NCBI GenBank assembly: GCA_965240325.2
Contig: OZ251246.1
Location: 744,001-808,000, forward strand
Direction: 5' to 3'
DNA from: Rebecca billardiae RCC1528
Lineage: Eukaryota; Protista; Haptophyta
Length of the DNA: 64,000 nt
Program-made: the position numbers and the translations under genes
Notes under the pieces: generated by a model
Seen by the model: only the letters and a program-made list of their open reading frames with translations
Database searches by the model: none
Told to the model about the DNA's origin: nothing
Shown: one piece after another, positions 23,349 to 35,000 of the stretch
Layout: each line of letters starts with the position of its first letter
How positions within the stretch are numbered: position 1 is the stretch's first letter

Positions 23349-23592
23349 GCTCGTCAGATGCGGATTGGCTCTGGCTCCGGTTGACCCCTGAGGCCGGTGA
23401 GGCTGATGGTGAGGTTGACATTCGAAGTGATAGCTGAGCTGGACGAGTGCCTCTCTCCTCTCAGGGTGAGTCTGGATCCGATGGATGACCGTTGGACCAG
23501 GGGCGTGATAAGGAATAACAAACGACGATGACCGTTGGTCACCGGACGCCAATACATACGCCATCTCAAATTCGAGAGCTACCCTCGTCGAC

Positions 23593-25722
23593 ATGTCGCA
23601 GGTCCTCGCGCACTCCAACACCAACGCGCCGCCGCCGTCCGCGAAGGCGAAGGCGTCGCGGCCGGCGTGGACGCCCTCGCTCACCGCCGCCTCGAAGAAG
23701 CCCTTCAACGTGGTGCCCTCCGGCGCCGACGCCGAGCGCACCGAGCACGACGGCGCGCGCGCCGCGCAGCTCGCGCTCGCTGAGGCGGACGAGCTGTGCG
23801 ACGTGTCGCTCGTGGCGGCCGAGGGCGGCGGGTGCCTGCGCGCGCACGGCGTCATCCTCGCAGGGGCGTCCGCCAAGTTCAAGGACCTCGTCCTCGCGGC
23901 GACCGCCCCGGAGGGCAGCGGTGCCGTGCGGCTGGACGCGTGCACCGAGGTGACGGCGCGCGCTCTGCGCAGCTGGGTCTACGTGGGCCACTGCACGACG
24001 TTTGGCGAGCAAGGGCTGGTGGAGCTGGTGCGCGTGGGCCACGCCCTCGGCCTGCGCGCGCTCGTCGACGCGTGTGCCGCCGCGCTGTGCTCGCGCCTCA
24101 GCGCCGAGAACGCGGCCGACCTCTTCCGCTTCGGCCGCGCGCTCGGCTGCCGCGCGCTCGAGATGCACGCGCTCGGCACGCTCTGCGACGAGTTCGCGCG
24201 CGCCAGCCGCGCGCCCGGCTTTGTCGAGCTGCCCGCGGCGGATCTCGACGCGCTGCTCGCGAGCGAGGCGCTTGCTCCCGACGAGGCGCTCGTCGCTCGC
24301 GCGCTCGACCGCTGGCTCGGCGCGCGCGCCAGCGCCGGCGCGGGCGCCGATGGCGCGCATCTGACGCAGGCAGACGCGACGGCGGTTGAGCAGCTCGTGG
24401 GCAGGCTGCGCTGCGGCGCGCTGGACGGCGGGGAGGCACGCTGGGACGCGCTTGCATCGGAGCTGCCGCACCTCGCGGCGCACGCCTCGTGGCGGGTGGC
24501 GCTCACCGCCGCGCGCCCGGCGCGCTCAGGCCTCGTCCCAGCGCTCGCGGGGGCCGGCACCCTTGGCGCGGCGCTGCGCTCGCAGTTCGGGCGGGGGTCG
24601 GGCTTCGCGTGCTGGACCGAGCCGTGGTCCGACACCTTCGACGGCGGCAGTGCCTCCGTCGAGGCGGTCGCCGCGTCGGCCGAGGCGCTCTACCTCCTCA
24701 CCGACGAGGGCGACGTGTTCTCGATCCCGCACGCGACAGGCGTGCCGACCGCACTCACGAGCGCGCGGGGCGCGGGCGCGCAGCGCAAGCGGAGCGATGC
24801 CGCGATCGTGTGCGCGCGCGGCCGGCTCGTGGTCGCGGGCGGCTGCGTGCCGGGCACGTACGAGGCCGGCACGGCGGTGAGCCTGTACGACGAGGGCACA
24901 GGCGCGTGGACGCCGCTGCCGAAGCTGCCAGGCCTCGGCTCAACCGTCAAGAGCGAAGGCCTCTGCCTCGCAGCCTCGGAGGACGGTGCTCTCGTGTACG
25001 CGCACGTGCATGAGGGCTTCGGCGGTGACGGCGACAGCGACGACGACGACGACGACGACGACGACGCCATCGGAGGCTCGGGCTCGAAGGCCGACGAGGG
25101 CGCTGCCGCCATCCGGCCGGGCACGCGGCTGATCGTCCTCGAGCTCGACGAGCCCGAGCCCGCGTGGCGCGCCGCGCCCGGCAGTGCCGAGCTGCCCCCG
25201 TGCGCGCCCACGCGGCGCTCTCACGCGCTGCCGCCGCCTGTGCAGCTCGCGTGCGCGCACGGCCGGCTGTATGCGCTGCTCGCAGCGGCGGGCGGCAGCC
25301 GGCTCTCGTGGTACGACGCAGACAGCGAGGGGTGGATCGACGCCGCGCCGCTCGCGTGCGCTCGAGAGTCGCCGCTCCTGCTCGCGCTCGACGGCACCCT
25401 CGTCGTGCTCGGGGGCTTGCAGCCGCGCGCCGAGGCCGCCGACCGCCCCGTGGACGCGCGGGCCATCCACTTGCGCCGCGCACGGGAGGCGGTCAGCGCA
25501 GCCGAGCGGTACGACTGCGCCGCCGACCGTTGGACGTGGGCGTCTGAGCTCAACGGGCTCGAGCGCAAGGGCGCCGACGGCGTGGAGAGTCTGCGCTGCG
25601 TGTGCGGCGCGTGGACGCTCCACCCCAAGTGGGCCAAGACGGCTGCCGCCGCCACGGCTGCCAGCACCAAGGGCGGCGGCGGCGGCGGCGGCAAGGCGGC
25701 CAAGAAGCGGCGCCGCGCGTGA
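23593..25722 (+). CDS. BTB-BACK-Kelch protein (putative CUL3 adaptor)
   Basis: BTB: LCDVSLV..LRAHGVILAGASAKF. BACK: FVELPAADLDALL. Kelch-like LVVAGG, LYDEGTGAW, LVVLGG, AERYDCAADRW. Basic C-terminus KKRRR. Confidence 0.85.
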   Translation: MSQVLAHSNTNAPPPSAKAKASRPAWTPSLTAASKKPFNVVPSGADAERTEHDGARAAQLALAEADELCDVSLVAAEGGGCLRAHGVILAGASAKFKDLVLAATAPEGSGAVRLDACTEVTARALRSWVYVGHCTTFGEQGLVELVRVGHALGLRALVDACAAALCSRLSAENAADLFRFGRALGCRALEMHALGTLCDEFARASRAPGFVELPAADLDALLASEALAPDEALVARALDRWLGARASAGAGADGAHLTQADATAVEQLVGRLRCGALDGGEARWDALASELPHLAAHASWRVALTAARPARSGLVPALAGAGTLGAALRSQFGRGSGFACWTEPWSDTFDGGSASVEAVAASAEALYLLTDEGDVFSIPHATGVPTALTSARGAGAQRKRSDAAIVCARGRLVVAGGCVPGTYEAGTAVSLYDEGTGAWTPLPKLPGLGSTVKSEGLCLAASEDGALVYAHVHEGFGGDGDSDDDDDDDDDAIGGSGSKADEGAAAIRPGTRLIVLELDEPEPAWRAAPGSAELPPCAPTRRSHALPPPVQLACAHGRLYALLAAAGGSRLSWYDADSEGWIDAAPLACARESPLLLALDGTLVVLGGLQPRAEAADRPVDARAIHLRRAREAVSAAERYDCAADRWTWASELNGLERKGADGVESLRCVCGAWTLHPKWAKTAAAATAASTKGGGGGGGKAAKKRRRA

Positions 25723-25942
25723 CGCGCGCGGCGCGTCCAGGGCGTGCCGCCCGCCGCCCGCCGCGCGCTCCGTACCGCCGGGCGCGTGCAGGCCGCGTGG
25801 TGGGTGCCGACCTCCGTGATCGGAGCCGAGCGCCGAAGGCCTGCCAGCTCGTCGGCGGCGCGGGAAAGTGCCGGCGACACCGGCTCACAGCGAGCCGCTC
25901 GCATGCGGCTTGGAGTGAACCGTCTCCCTGGGGGTCGGGCAA

Positions 25943-26000
25943 GTGCTCGACGTGCAGGGCAAGCTCGGCGACGAGGCGGAGCCGCTGCTCAGGTGCGCCC
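25943..26000 (+). pseudogene. Short TPR (kinesin-light-chain-type) fragment
   Basis: Translates to QGKLGDEAEPLLR, resembling the QGKLDEAEPL TPR consensus; no surrounding ORF. Confidence 0.3.
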
Positions 26001-26399
26001 GACCGGGGCGCTCGCGATTGAGCAGCTGGTCACCGCGCGAATTCCCGGGCACGCTCATCGACCTCCTTCATCCTCAGTTCGAATATCGCTATAGCTCGCT
26101 CGCTCGCTCGCGCGCGCGCGCGCTCTCTCTCTCGATCTCGTCGCTCTTTCTGACTCTCTCTCTCTCTCTCGCTCTGCGTGATGACACTGTATGTGTGTGT
26201 CTCCCCGTCTAGGTCTCTCTCTCTCCTTATAATCTCGCTCGGACGCTGAGTACAGTCATACAGTGTACCGTAAGCGGTCCGGTCCGCGCGCGCTCTAGCT
26301 CTACTCCGAAGGCTCTGTCTCTTATATATTTAATTAATTTAATACGCCCTGCGGCACGCTTGTTCTATAACTAGCTTATTAAGCTTTTCGAATATTGTC

Positions 26400-26430
<31 letters not shown>

Positions 26431-26814
26431 ATACTACTCAGTCTCAGTGACGACCGAGACGAATCCGAATAATAATAGTCTGCTGCGTAAATATTTGTAT
26501 CTCTCTCTCTCTCTCTCTCTGCTGGCCTCTCTCTTCGCGTAAGTATGTAGCTATATCTACTCATCTGCTGATTCTGATTCAGCTGATTCTGAGTTCTGAT
26601 GATCGCGAATTCGATGACGACTACGATGACTAGTCATCTCGTCGGCGGTCTAATCGTCGCGGTCCGACTTATCCGTAGCTAGCTAAAACTGCATCGATGC
26701 ATCAAAATCAAGCGCGCGTGCGCATGATGATGATCAGCATATGATGTAGTCTGATATGGCCGAATATGTATATAACTATAGAGAGCTAGTCAGAGCAGAG
26801 AGACAGAGAGTCAG

Positions 26815-26863
26815 ACACACACACACACACACACACGTCACACACACACACACACACACATGC

Positions 26864-26931
<68 letters not shown>

Positions 26932-26953
26932 ACTGAGAGACTCAGAGAGAGCC

Positions 26954-26985
<32 letters not shown>
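26815..26985. repeat. Compound (CA)n/(GA)n microsatellite
   Basis: Seen directly. Confidence 0.95.
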
Positions 26986-26987
<2 letters not shown>

Positions 26988-27481
26988 GACGACGACGACG
27001 ACTCGGGAACGGGGAAGCACTGACTCGGTCACTCTCCTCTCCGCCACACTGAGCGACTCTCGAGTCTGAGCGCCGCTCAACGCACACGTGACACGGGCTC
27101 ATGAAGTAATACTGGGACTTGACTATCTGCTGCGGATGGCTCGCCTAGAAACTGATGAGCGACAACTAGCGATTGGCTGGTTCGCTATACGCACACGGCT
27201 CAGTCCCACTCAGAAATCGAGACTACGTCCTCGGCTGCGGCGGCCGGCGGCCGGGCCCAGCCGCGCTGCTCGGGCGGTGTGCGGTGCGGCGCGTGCCTAG
27301 CCTGGACTCCAAGTCACGGCATCATCATCGATTCAGCGCGTGTCTCACCACTGGCAGCACGCCGGCATCATGCGACATAATGCGTGCCAGATTTGCTCCA
27401 ATTGGAGCAAATAATAAAAGTTCCCAATGTTTTTATATTTCTCCGAGCGGCCTAGCCGGCCGGGCCTAAAGGGCTGCCCTG

Positions 27482-27519
27482 CGCCCTCCGCGCGTGCGCG
27501 GCCGGGCGGACCTAACTAG
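27482..27519 (+). mobile_element. Helitron-like 3' terminus
   Basis: GC hairpin CGCCC-t-CCGCGC-gt-GCGCGG-cc-GGGCG, then 11 nt ending in CTAG followed by T. The 5' TC end was not confidently located. Confidence 0.45.
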
Positions 27520-28153
27520 TAGCCCGTAGGAACTTCTGAGGCTCCGTAGGCGCTCGGGCTACCGAACGGCTAAGAAACCGAGACTAGCCGTGGGATCTCT
27601 GGCTGATTCTTTCTTATGTATTGCCGCCCAGCGATCATTGTCTCATGTCTGTAGCGCCCTCGTCACTACATGTAATCAGTATGAGTACCCACATGGCACT
27701 GGCTGAGGCTGTCCTGCTCAAGCTGCGCTGCATGCTAGCCGATATGTAGGCCTCGTTCTCTCTCTCTCTGTCTCTCTCATCTTACTCCCTAGCTAAAGTT
27801 AGGTCTCTACTACAGTCTTAGTTTCTCTCCCTCGTCATCCCTTCGTCTCTCAGACTGTGCTTTCTCTGTCAATCATCAGCGATGTTTCGTCTGGCTTTCA
27901 GTTTCTACAGCGCTGTCAGTCCGTGTCAGACGCCATCATGCTCCGCCTCACGGTATTGAGTGAGTGAATGTACTGTACCAGGACTAGTGAGTGATGAAGT
28001 ATTAAGTAACACATCAGTCTGATCTGATCTACTCATCTCAGGACCACTGCCGTCCACTGCGGGCACTGGACGACCCCACTGGACTGGGGACAGTCTCCCT
28101 TCCTCCCCTCTTGCTCGGACCGACAACTGTCGGTGGTGGCACGTGCAACCACG

Positions 28154-28642
28154 ATGGCTGCGCGCTCGACGTTGCTCGCGCGGATCGGCGGCGACGACGC
28201 GCTCAAGGCGGCCGTGGAGGGCTTCTACGAGCGGCTCGTGCACGACGCCGCGCTCGCACACTTCTTCGAGGGCACCGACCTCAAGTTCCTCAAGCGCCAC
28301 CAGGTGAATTTCATGCGGATCGCGTTCACCGGCATCCCGCCGGGGATGGACGTGCCAAAGCTGATCAAGGACAAGCACACGCAGCTCTTCGCACGCGGGC
28401 TGGATGAGACGCACTTCGACCTCGTCGCGGGGCACCTCGTCGCGCAGCTGCAGAGCATGGGCGTCGCCGCGCCGCTCGTCGAGGAAGTCGTCGAGGTGGT
28501 CGGCCCGTTGCGATCAGTGTTTGAGCAGGGCGCGCTCGAGCAGCGGATCGCCAAGAGGCAGCAATGGATGGCGTACGCCGGCTACGCCACGGCAGGGCTG
28601 GCACTCGCCGCGCTCGTGGCCGTGCGCCGCACCGCTCCGTAG
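28154..28642 (+). CDS. Group I truncated hemoglobin (2/2 globin) with C-terminal membrane anchor
   Basis: LLARIGG..AL..AVEGFYERL..D..LAHFF..TD..L..HQ..F, proximal His (KDKH), HFDLV..HL..L..MGV, then hydrophobic WMAYAGYATAGLALAALVAV-RR. Confidence 0.9.
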   Translation: MAARSTLLARIGGDDALKAAVEGFYERLVHDAALAHFFEGTDLKFLKRHQVNFMRIAFTGIPPGMDVPKLIKDKHTQLFARGLDETHFDLVAGHLVAQLQSMGVAAPLVEEVVEVVGPLRSVFEQGALEQRIAKRQQWMAYAGYATAGLALAALVAVRRTAP

Positions 28643-29321
28643 GCCTGGCGACCACCAGCACCATGCGCAGGTCGCGTCACCAAGCCGCCGAGAGGCTGCG
28701 CGCTGAGTTGCCGGTCAGCAGAGCATGCGGCCGCTGGCTGGGAGCCGGGAGGCTCTGACCACGCTGGCAGCCATCGTCATTGATGGCTGGCACCAGGAGT
28801 GCGGTCGACAGGCTGTCGGTCTGCGCTTCACGAGTGCGTGTGGCAGCCGTGCGCAGTGCTACGCAACACGATTCGCGTGCCGTCGTGTCCGCGGGCGTGA
28901 TGATGCAGCTGGGACCGCTGGCAGCACCACTCACCAGCGCGGCAGTGGCGCGGTGCCCACGCCTTCCGCCCTCCCCGCTTCCGGTCCCTCCGGCGGGTCA
29001 GCGCACTCGGTATTCGGCGCACTGTCGTCCGCCGCCCGTCGTAGTCATGCATCTGATCGGGACCCGGTCATCACTGTCTGTTGCCAGCAGCGGCCCGCGG
29101 TGCCATCCGATCCGTGCCGGCGTGTGACTCGCCCGGGTGGCGCGGGTGTGCGTGTCGATCAGCCATCACTCGTCACTCATCAGGCCGCACGGGCTGCGCA
29201 GCTGAGTGAGCGGCTGCGCAGTCCGCAGCAGCCGTGCCCCGGCGCCCGCCCGGCCGGCCGCGGACTTAATAATTCAGCTAGTGTCACTGACACCAGCTGT
29301 TATTCGGTCATCATATCATAT

Positions 29322-29365
29322 ATATTTAACGACGTGGCAGCATCGGACAAGCGTCAGGCTCAAGA
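29322..29365 (-). mobile_element. Short 3' remnant of CRE-type LINE
   Basis: Reverse complement CTGACGCTTGTCCGATGCTGCCACGTCGTTAAATATA aligns with about 53445-53483 (CTGACGCCTGCCCGTTGCATACCACGTCGTTAATATA). Confidence 0.6.
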
Positions 29366-29375
29366 GTGCAACATA

Positions 29376-31378
29376 TGATTGAACTTTTTTCAGGAATGCG
29401 CACCAGAAAAAGCCTTAACAACCCGCGCGGCCCAAGATGGGGTCGGCGGCCACGACGGCGGTTATGCGCCCTTGCGCGCCTTGGAGCGGCTCGTGCGCGC
29501 CAGGAAGTGGGCCAAACCATGCTCGCGACATGCTCGTTCGTCGACGCTGATTGTTGGCCGATTGCATGCCAGCCCACGCCGACGTCTGAGTGCGCCTCGC
29601 CGCGCACGGTACAGCTTGACGGTACACGGCACGATTCGGCCGCGAGCAGCCTCGTGCGCGCGACCGACCCAGAGGTGGTCGTCGAGAGTAGCACGAGCGG
29701 CGGCACACAAGCGGGCCTGGTCGTTGCCGAATATCTGACGCACCAATCGACCTCGCCCAGCGCCATCTGCTCGTTTGTGCACGTGTTGGAAAGGATGAGC
29801 AGCTGCGTGCAAACGCCAAGCGCGCAGATGAGGCGTGGGCGAGCGAAGGGGCGGCGAGGGCCGGCGCGTGCGCGCGCGTAAATTCGAGCCTCCCCATACG
29901 CATCGAAACACACCGCGCTCGCTCGTCGAGCTGCGCACGGGTATCGGTGCGCGCGCGCCAACGCGGCGCGCCGTGCTCGCGCCCGGCAGCTGCAAACCTG
30001 CTCGCGCGCGCACGCGTGCGTGATGGACCGAGGAGGTCGCGCGAGCATGCGCGATGTGTCTGGATGGAGCGTGTAGGAGGTGTAGGCTGCGCTCCGCACG
30101 CGCTCCACCACCGTGCACCGCGCTGCCCCTCGCCCACGCGGTCGCCGCCGAGCCCAGATTCAAACGCGTGCGAGCGCTCGAGCGCACCTCCGAGCAGCAG
30201 TCGCAGCTATCGTGTCGAAGGCGTGGCGAGAGGCAGATGTGCATGGCAAGTAGCGCCATGGTGGTGCCCATCACGCGCACACACTCGCGCACGCTCGCTA
30301 CACCACCTCGTCGCGCCCACGTGCAGCGCGCGGGGCGCGCTTCGCGCCCGGAGCAGCTGCCGAGCGGCTGCTGCGCGCGGCGCGCGCGGCGAGTAGGGCT
30401 CAGCCAATGGTCCGAGGGCGAGCCTGCCGAGCGTCGTGCGTGGCGCGCACGGACCTAGTACAATGCCGCGTACCACTCGCTGCCACCATAGGGCCCGTAC
30501 CGGCGAGCTGTGGCCGCCGCAGATACCAAAATGCAGCCCAACGGTCAGCGCGCGACAGCCGACGAGCGCGCGGCGCGCGCGTCCACCACCGTGATGAGCA
30601 CGGACGAGCGCGCGCGCCCGTGTCGTAGCTCAGATGAGGTCCCCCGATCGCACGCACCACCGCGCTGCCACGCCTTCGACCATCTTGTGTCACCATGTGG
30701 CCGCTCGCCGCTCGCGCCGAGCGGCTGGCGGCGCAGCTGCACGACCGGCAAACAGTCAGCGCGCAGCAAGGGTGGAGTCCGGCGAGGGTCGGCCGGACTG
30801 TCCGGCGCCACCAAGGTGGACCACGCGGTGGTCACCGGCGCGCTCGTCACCACGCTCGAGGCCATGGAGGCCGCCCACGAGCAGAAATGCTCACTGCATC
30901 TGCTTGTGCACTGCCTTTGCAGTGCTCCTTTGCGCGCGCACGCAGCGGCGAAGAGCGAAAGCGTTTAGCGCGACATAGTCCGGGGCTCAAGGGTACCATC
31001 ATCAGAGAATGGAATGCGCGCAAAGGTCGCGCTAAATAAATTTCGTGTCGCCCGTGCCGCGCGCGCGCGAGCACGGTCAAAGCCGCGGGGTGCAACATCT
31101 GCTGCAGATCGGCTCGTGCTCGACGAGGGCGGCGAGGAGACGGGTGCGCGCTCGCGAGCGAGCGTACCTGAGAGTGATATCGGCATCCGATCAGGAAGAG
31201 CGGGTCGATCTGCCCGCAGCTCGTCGCACGATCGCGAGAGCGCACGTGCGGTCGACGAGGAAGAAGGCCCGCATCGTGGCGTTTCCGCCAGTGGCGGGCC
31301 GGCTCGAGATTTGACGGCGAAACTCCAGCGGGTTGTTAAGGCTTTTTCTGGTGCGCATTCCTGAAAAAAGTTCAATCA
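29376..31378. mobile_element. Non-autonomous TIR element, 51-bp perfect TIRs, TA (or ATAT) TSD
   Basis: TGATTGAACTTTTTTCAGGAATGCGCACCAGAAAAAGCCTTAACAACCCGC at 29376-29426 and its exact reverse complement at 31328-31378; TA on both sides. Confidence 0.9.
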
Positions 31379-31999
31379 TATATATATAATATATTCGTCG
31401 CTTACAGTTTAAACTAAGTAAGAATAAGAGCCACGCACACAGGTCACAGCGCTCAGGCAGGCCGGCCGATTGATCACACAACAGCAGCAGCAGCGCGCGA
31501 TATATATATATATATATATATGACCGCGTTCCGCGGTCCTTTTCCGTAGAACGAACGTAGTTCGGGGCCCGCGGTGGCGGTGCACCCTCCGTCGCAGTCG
31601 TCTATTGACAGACCAGCCAGTTGCATGCCCGTACAACTAGACTCCAGCGGCGCGCCGCTGCGCCCCGGCGCCGGCGCCGCGGGCGCGGGCCCATCGCAGC
31701 CGCCGGCGCGGCGCCCGGATTGTGTACAGGCGGATGCGACGAGGCGTGATCGACGAATGAGCGCGACTCCACGTGCACGCCAGGCCACGTGGAGCTGACA
31801 GCCAGGGAACACTGTGCGGGGCCGCGGATTCGTTCGGGCCGCTGCTGCTGACCGCGCTGTCTGTCGTCACACCGCGCCGCGGCAGCGCCAGGAGTAGTCA
31901 GTAGATGATTTGCACTGGTCCGAGTAGGGTTCGACCAGCGCCTGCGCGACGGCCGACAGGCGGGCGCGAGGCGTGATCGACGCATGAGCGCAACTCTAT

Positions 32000-32615
32000 C
32001 TACGCGGAGCTGACAGCCAGAGGGAGCACTGTGTGTGCCGAGGTGCGAGGGCACCGGTGATCGTTATTTCGCGCGCCGCGCGTGCACTGCACGGGGTCAC
32101 GGGGTGACACACCTCGGTCGGGCTCGGCACGCGTCGCAGAGGCACGGCCAGCTCTGGGGACGTCGCGCACCACCGTCGCCCGCGCCGCAGCTCGTCCTCC
32201 TAGGTCCGCCCGTCCAGCGCTGCAGACAGACTGGCGCCGGCGCGGGCCGAGAGTGAGTGCCGCAAAGCGGCTGCCAGCTGTTGGGCCGGGTGAGGAGGAG
32301 GGAGGGAGCTGGCCTGCGGGGCGCGTGGTGAAGTCGGTGATCAGTCGCGTCGCGCTCCCCCTGGCGATTGCGCCCTCGTCCTCCAGCACGGTGCGGACCT
32401 TGCGAACGAAGTTGTAGATCGACCATTTGGGCACGTTGTACTTCACGGCCGCAGAGGGCACGTCCTGCTCGTGCCTCACGACTGAGATGGCAGCAGCGAT
32501 GCTCTGGAGCGTGCTCTTAGCCACCTTCTTCACTGCCCCGGATTCGAGCAGCACGTTCAATACGCGGCGAGCGCGGTCCTCGTCGGCGTCGCCAGCTGAC
32601 GTGCTCGGCATCATG
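32000..32615 (-). CDS. Pipsqueak-type HTH (HTH_psq) ORF fragment inside the Helentron-like element
   Basis: LQSIAAAISVVRHEQDVPSAAVKYNVPKWSIYNFVRK matches the psq/pogo HTH pattern (A+..V......AA..Y.VP..T+); the C-terminal part looks non-coding. Confidence 0.55.
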
Positions 32616-32769
32616 TCCACGTGAGCGCAAAAGTGGCCTCGAGCCTGCTCCTGGCTCGCCAGAGGGCAAAAGGCCAATAGCTACTCCCAATTCCCGAAGG
32701 CTGATGATGAATACGCACACGTGCGCCTGATGAATATCGATGATATTCTGCTCGACCCCGCCTAGCAGT

Positions 32770-32939
32770 CCATGAACCATATACATTATAATGTATGAAA
32801 ACGAAGCGGTGCAAATGATGTTCTCCAGTATAGTGGATACGACCCCGACGAAGCGATTTTATGCCTGCGTGAACCATACATATGAATACGAAGCGCGGTG
32901 CAAATGTTCTCCAGTAGTGAATACGACCCCGACGAAGCC
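32770..32939. repeat. Degenerate tandem duplication (about 70-95 bp unit)
   Basis: TGAACCATA...ACGAAGCG..GTGCAAATG..TTCTCCAGTA..GATACGACCCCGACGAAGC occurs twice. Confidence 0.8.
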
Positions 32940-33360
32940 AATATATATCGGTTGGTTACTTCGCTGATCCCGTAAGGACGTGCAAAAATAGCCTCAAAGA
33001 AGCTGACGCTTGTATTGGACTTGTAACCGTCCTACTTCACACAGAAGTGAACTCTCACGCCCGGCCGTCCACGATTGATTAGGGGAATGTCGTGGACGCG
33101 GTTTTTTTCTCCGTGATGCATCTGTAGAGAGGGTCTCAAAATTCGAAACTCGGTCTCCGCCAGCCCTAAAAATCGGCCCCCGCGTCCCTTTTTCTTGATC
33201 AAAGATCTTTTTGAAACGTGGTTCCGGCCCGCTGGTGCGGGCTCCACGCTGCGCGCTCCGCCCTGCACCGCGGGCCATTATTACACTCGGCGGGCGCGCA
33301 TCGTCACTGTCAGCAGTCCGAGAGGATGCGGCAGCCGCACCGCACCCGCATTGGCTGCGG

Positions 33361-34467
33361 TTACGCCGGTGCAGCGTTGATCGACCAGTCGTAGCGGAAG
33401 TAGCGCAGGGCGGCCGGCTGCTGCTGCCCGTCGGCATCGTCGGCAGGGCTGCGCCCCGACAAAGCCCCGGTGGGGTCCCCTGGGCCGGACCGCATGGCAG
33501 AGTCGCTGCCGCCAACCAGCGCGGCCAATGCGCCGGCCGGGAGCAGCTCGCTGTGCGCGGCGAGGAAGCGGCGCACGCCCTCCGAGCCCTCGCCGAAGCG
33601 CGCAAAGTCTGTCTCGAACCACAGGAAGACACGAGATAGCCGCACGTGCAACGGCCCGGCGGGCGGCACGCGTGCGGCCGAGTCGGCGGGCGGCGACCAG
33701 GGGCCACCTCCTTCGACTTCGAGCCGGAGACCCTTCGTCGGGTTGGCTAGCCACTCGCGGAGCTGCGAGGCGACCTGCGCCTCGAGCCGCGCCGCGGCGT
33801 ACGCCTCGCGCCGCAGGTTGGGGCACGAGGCCGACGCGCACACGAGGCACGCATGCACGCCCGGCTCGTCCCAGACGGCCCTGAGCCGGCCGTTCTCGAT
33901 CTCGTTCAGCGAGATATTCCGCCCGCCGACGACGCCGTCGGTCAGGTCGAGCGCGCTCGTGCGCCCGCGCCCGAGCTCGTGCAGCGTGGCCGGCGCGCGC
34001 GCGCCGGCAGACGCCCGCACGTGCGACACGACGAGCGAGGCGCTGAGCGCGTTGTACGCATTGAGCCAAAAGGCGAGCTGCTCGCGCGGCGCGAGCGCAT
34101 CGACGTCCGCGGCGGCGAGCGCGTCGAGGTAGGCGGGGAAGCGCGGGTCGGCGCCGAGCGCGGCGTAGTCGATCACGTTCACGCCCTCGACCGAGCCTAC
34201 CGTCGCGCCGGCGCGCACGTGCGCCTTGAGGCACGCGTCCCAATCTGCGTGGTCAAACGAGACGGCGGCGGCGTCGGTCTGCGGCAGCTGGTCGAGGCGG
34301 CGTCTGCCGCGCACGTGGTGTACCGATGGGATGATGAGGCTCGATATACGCTGCTCCAGGCGGTACAGGAGCGGGCGGTGCGCATCGAGCGCCACTATGC
34401 GCGCGACGCCGAGCGCGCATACCACAGTGAGTGCGGCGCCGGTCCGCCATGCTGGACAGCACATCAT
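33361..34467 (-). CDS. DUF547 domain protein with N-terminal signal/anchor
   Basis: HADWDACL, IDYAAL, EQLAFWLNAYN, SLNEIEN..LR, VHACLVCASASCPNL, LSRVFLWF..DF, YDWSIN. Confidence 0.9.
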   Translation of the reverse strand: MMCCPAWRTGAALTVVCALGVARIVALDAHRPLLYRLEQRISSLIIPSVHHVRGRRRLDQLPQTDAAAVSFDHADWDACLKAHVRAGATVGSVEGVNVIDYAALGADPRFPAYLDALAAADVDALAPREQLAFWLNAYNALSASLVVSHVRASAGARAPATLHELGRGRTSALDLTDGVVGGRNISLNEIENGRLRAVWDEPGVHACLVCASASCPNLRREAYAAARLEAQVASQLREWLANPTKGLRLEVEGGGPWSPPADSAARVPPAGPLHVRLSRVFLWFETDFARFGEGSEGVRRFLAAHSELLPAGALAALVGGSDSAMRSGPGDPTGALSGRSPADDADGQQQPAALRYFRYDWSINAAPA

Positions 34468-34789
34468 GCAGTGATTAGTGATTCCTTTGATGCAGACGAT
34501 GCTGACGATCGCGATGACAATTTGACAATTTGTTTTGCGCGCGCACTTTTTTTAATAATCGCGCAGTTTTAGCTGCGCTGTACCATAATTAGTGTTGCAC
34601 GTGAGTGACGTCGTGTCTGACACGCGCGCCCGCGGCACGCTGCACGCACGCGCTTGCTCCGACGGTCCAGCCTGCCCAGCGGGCCAGTCACAGGGCAGCC
34701 TGCCAGCCGCAGGTGGCATCGTGAATCCGGGACCTAGTCCCTACTCCCTGATGCCGCCATGCCCATGGCCGAGCCGCGAGAGAACTAGG

Positions 34790-34964
<175 letters not shown>

Positions 34965-35000
34965 CCTAAGGCGCAGGCATGCAGACTGCTACTCGTCGAT

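Larger units (their letters stand above)
31521..33280 (-). mobile_element. Helentron/HINE-like element
   Basis: Asymmetric sub-TIRs GGCCCGCGGTG (31566-31576) and CACCGCGGGCC (33266-33276); terminal stem-loop GACCGCG-TTC-CGCGGTC (31522-31538) next to (TA)n; internal tandem duplications. Confidence 0.6.

Noticed and set aside
31925-31940. GGTTCGA / GGTTCAA T-loop-like motifs (also near 11970) as tRNA
   Set aside because: No cloverleaf or acceptor stem around them.
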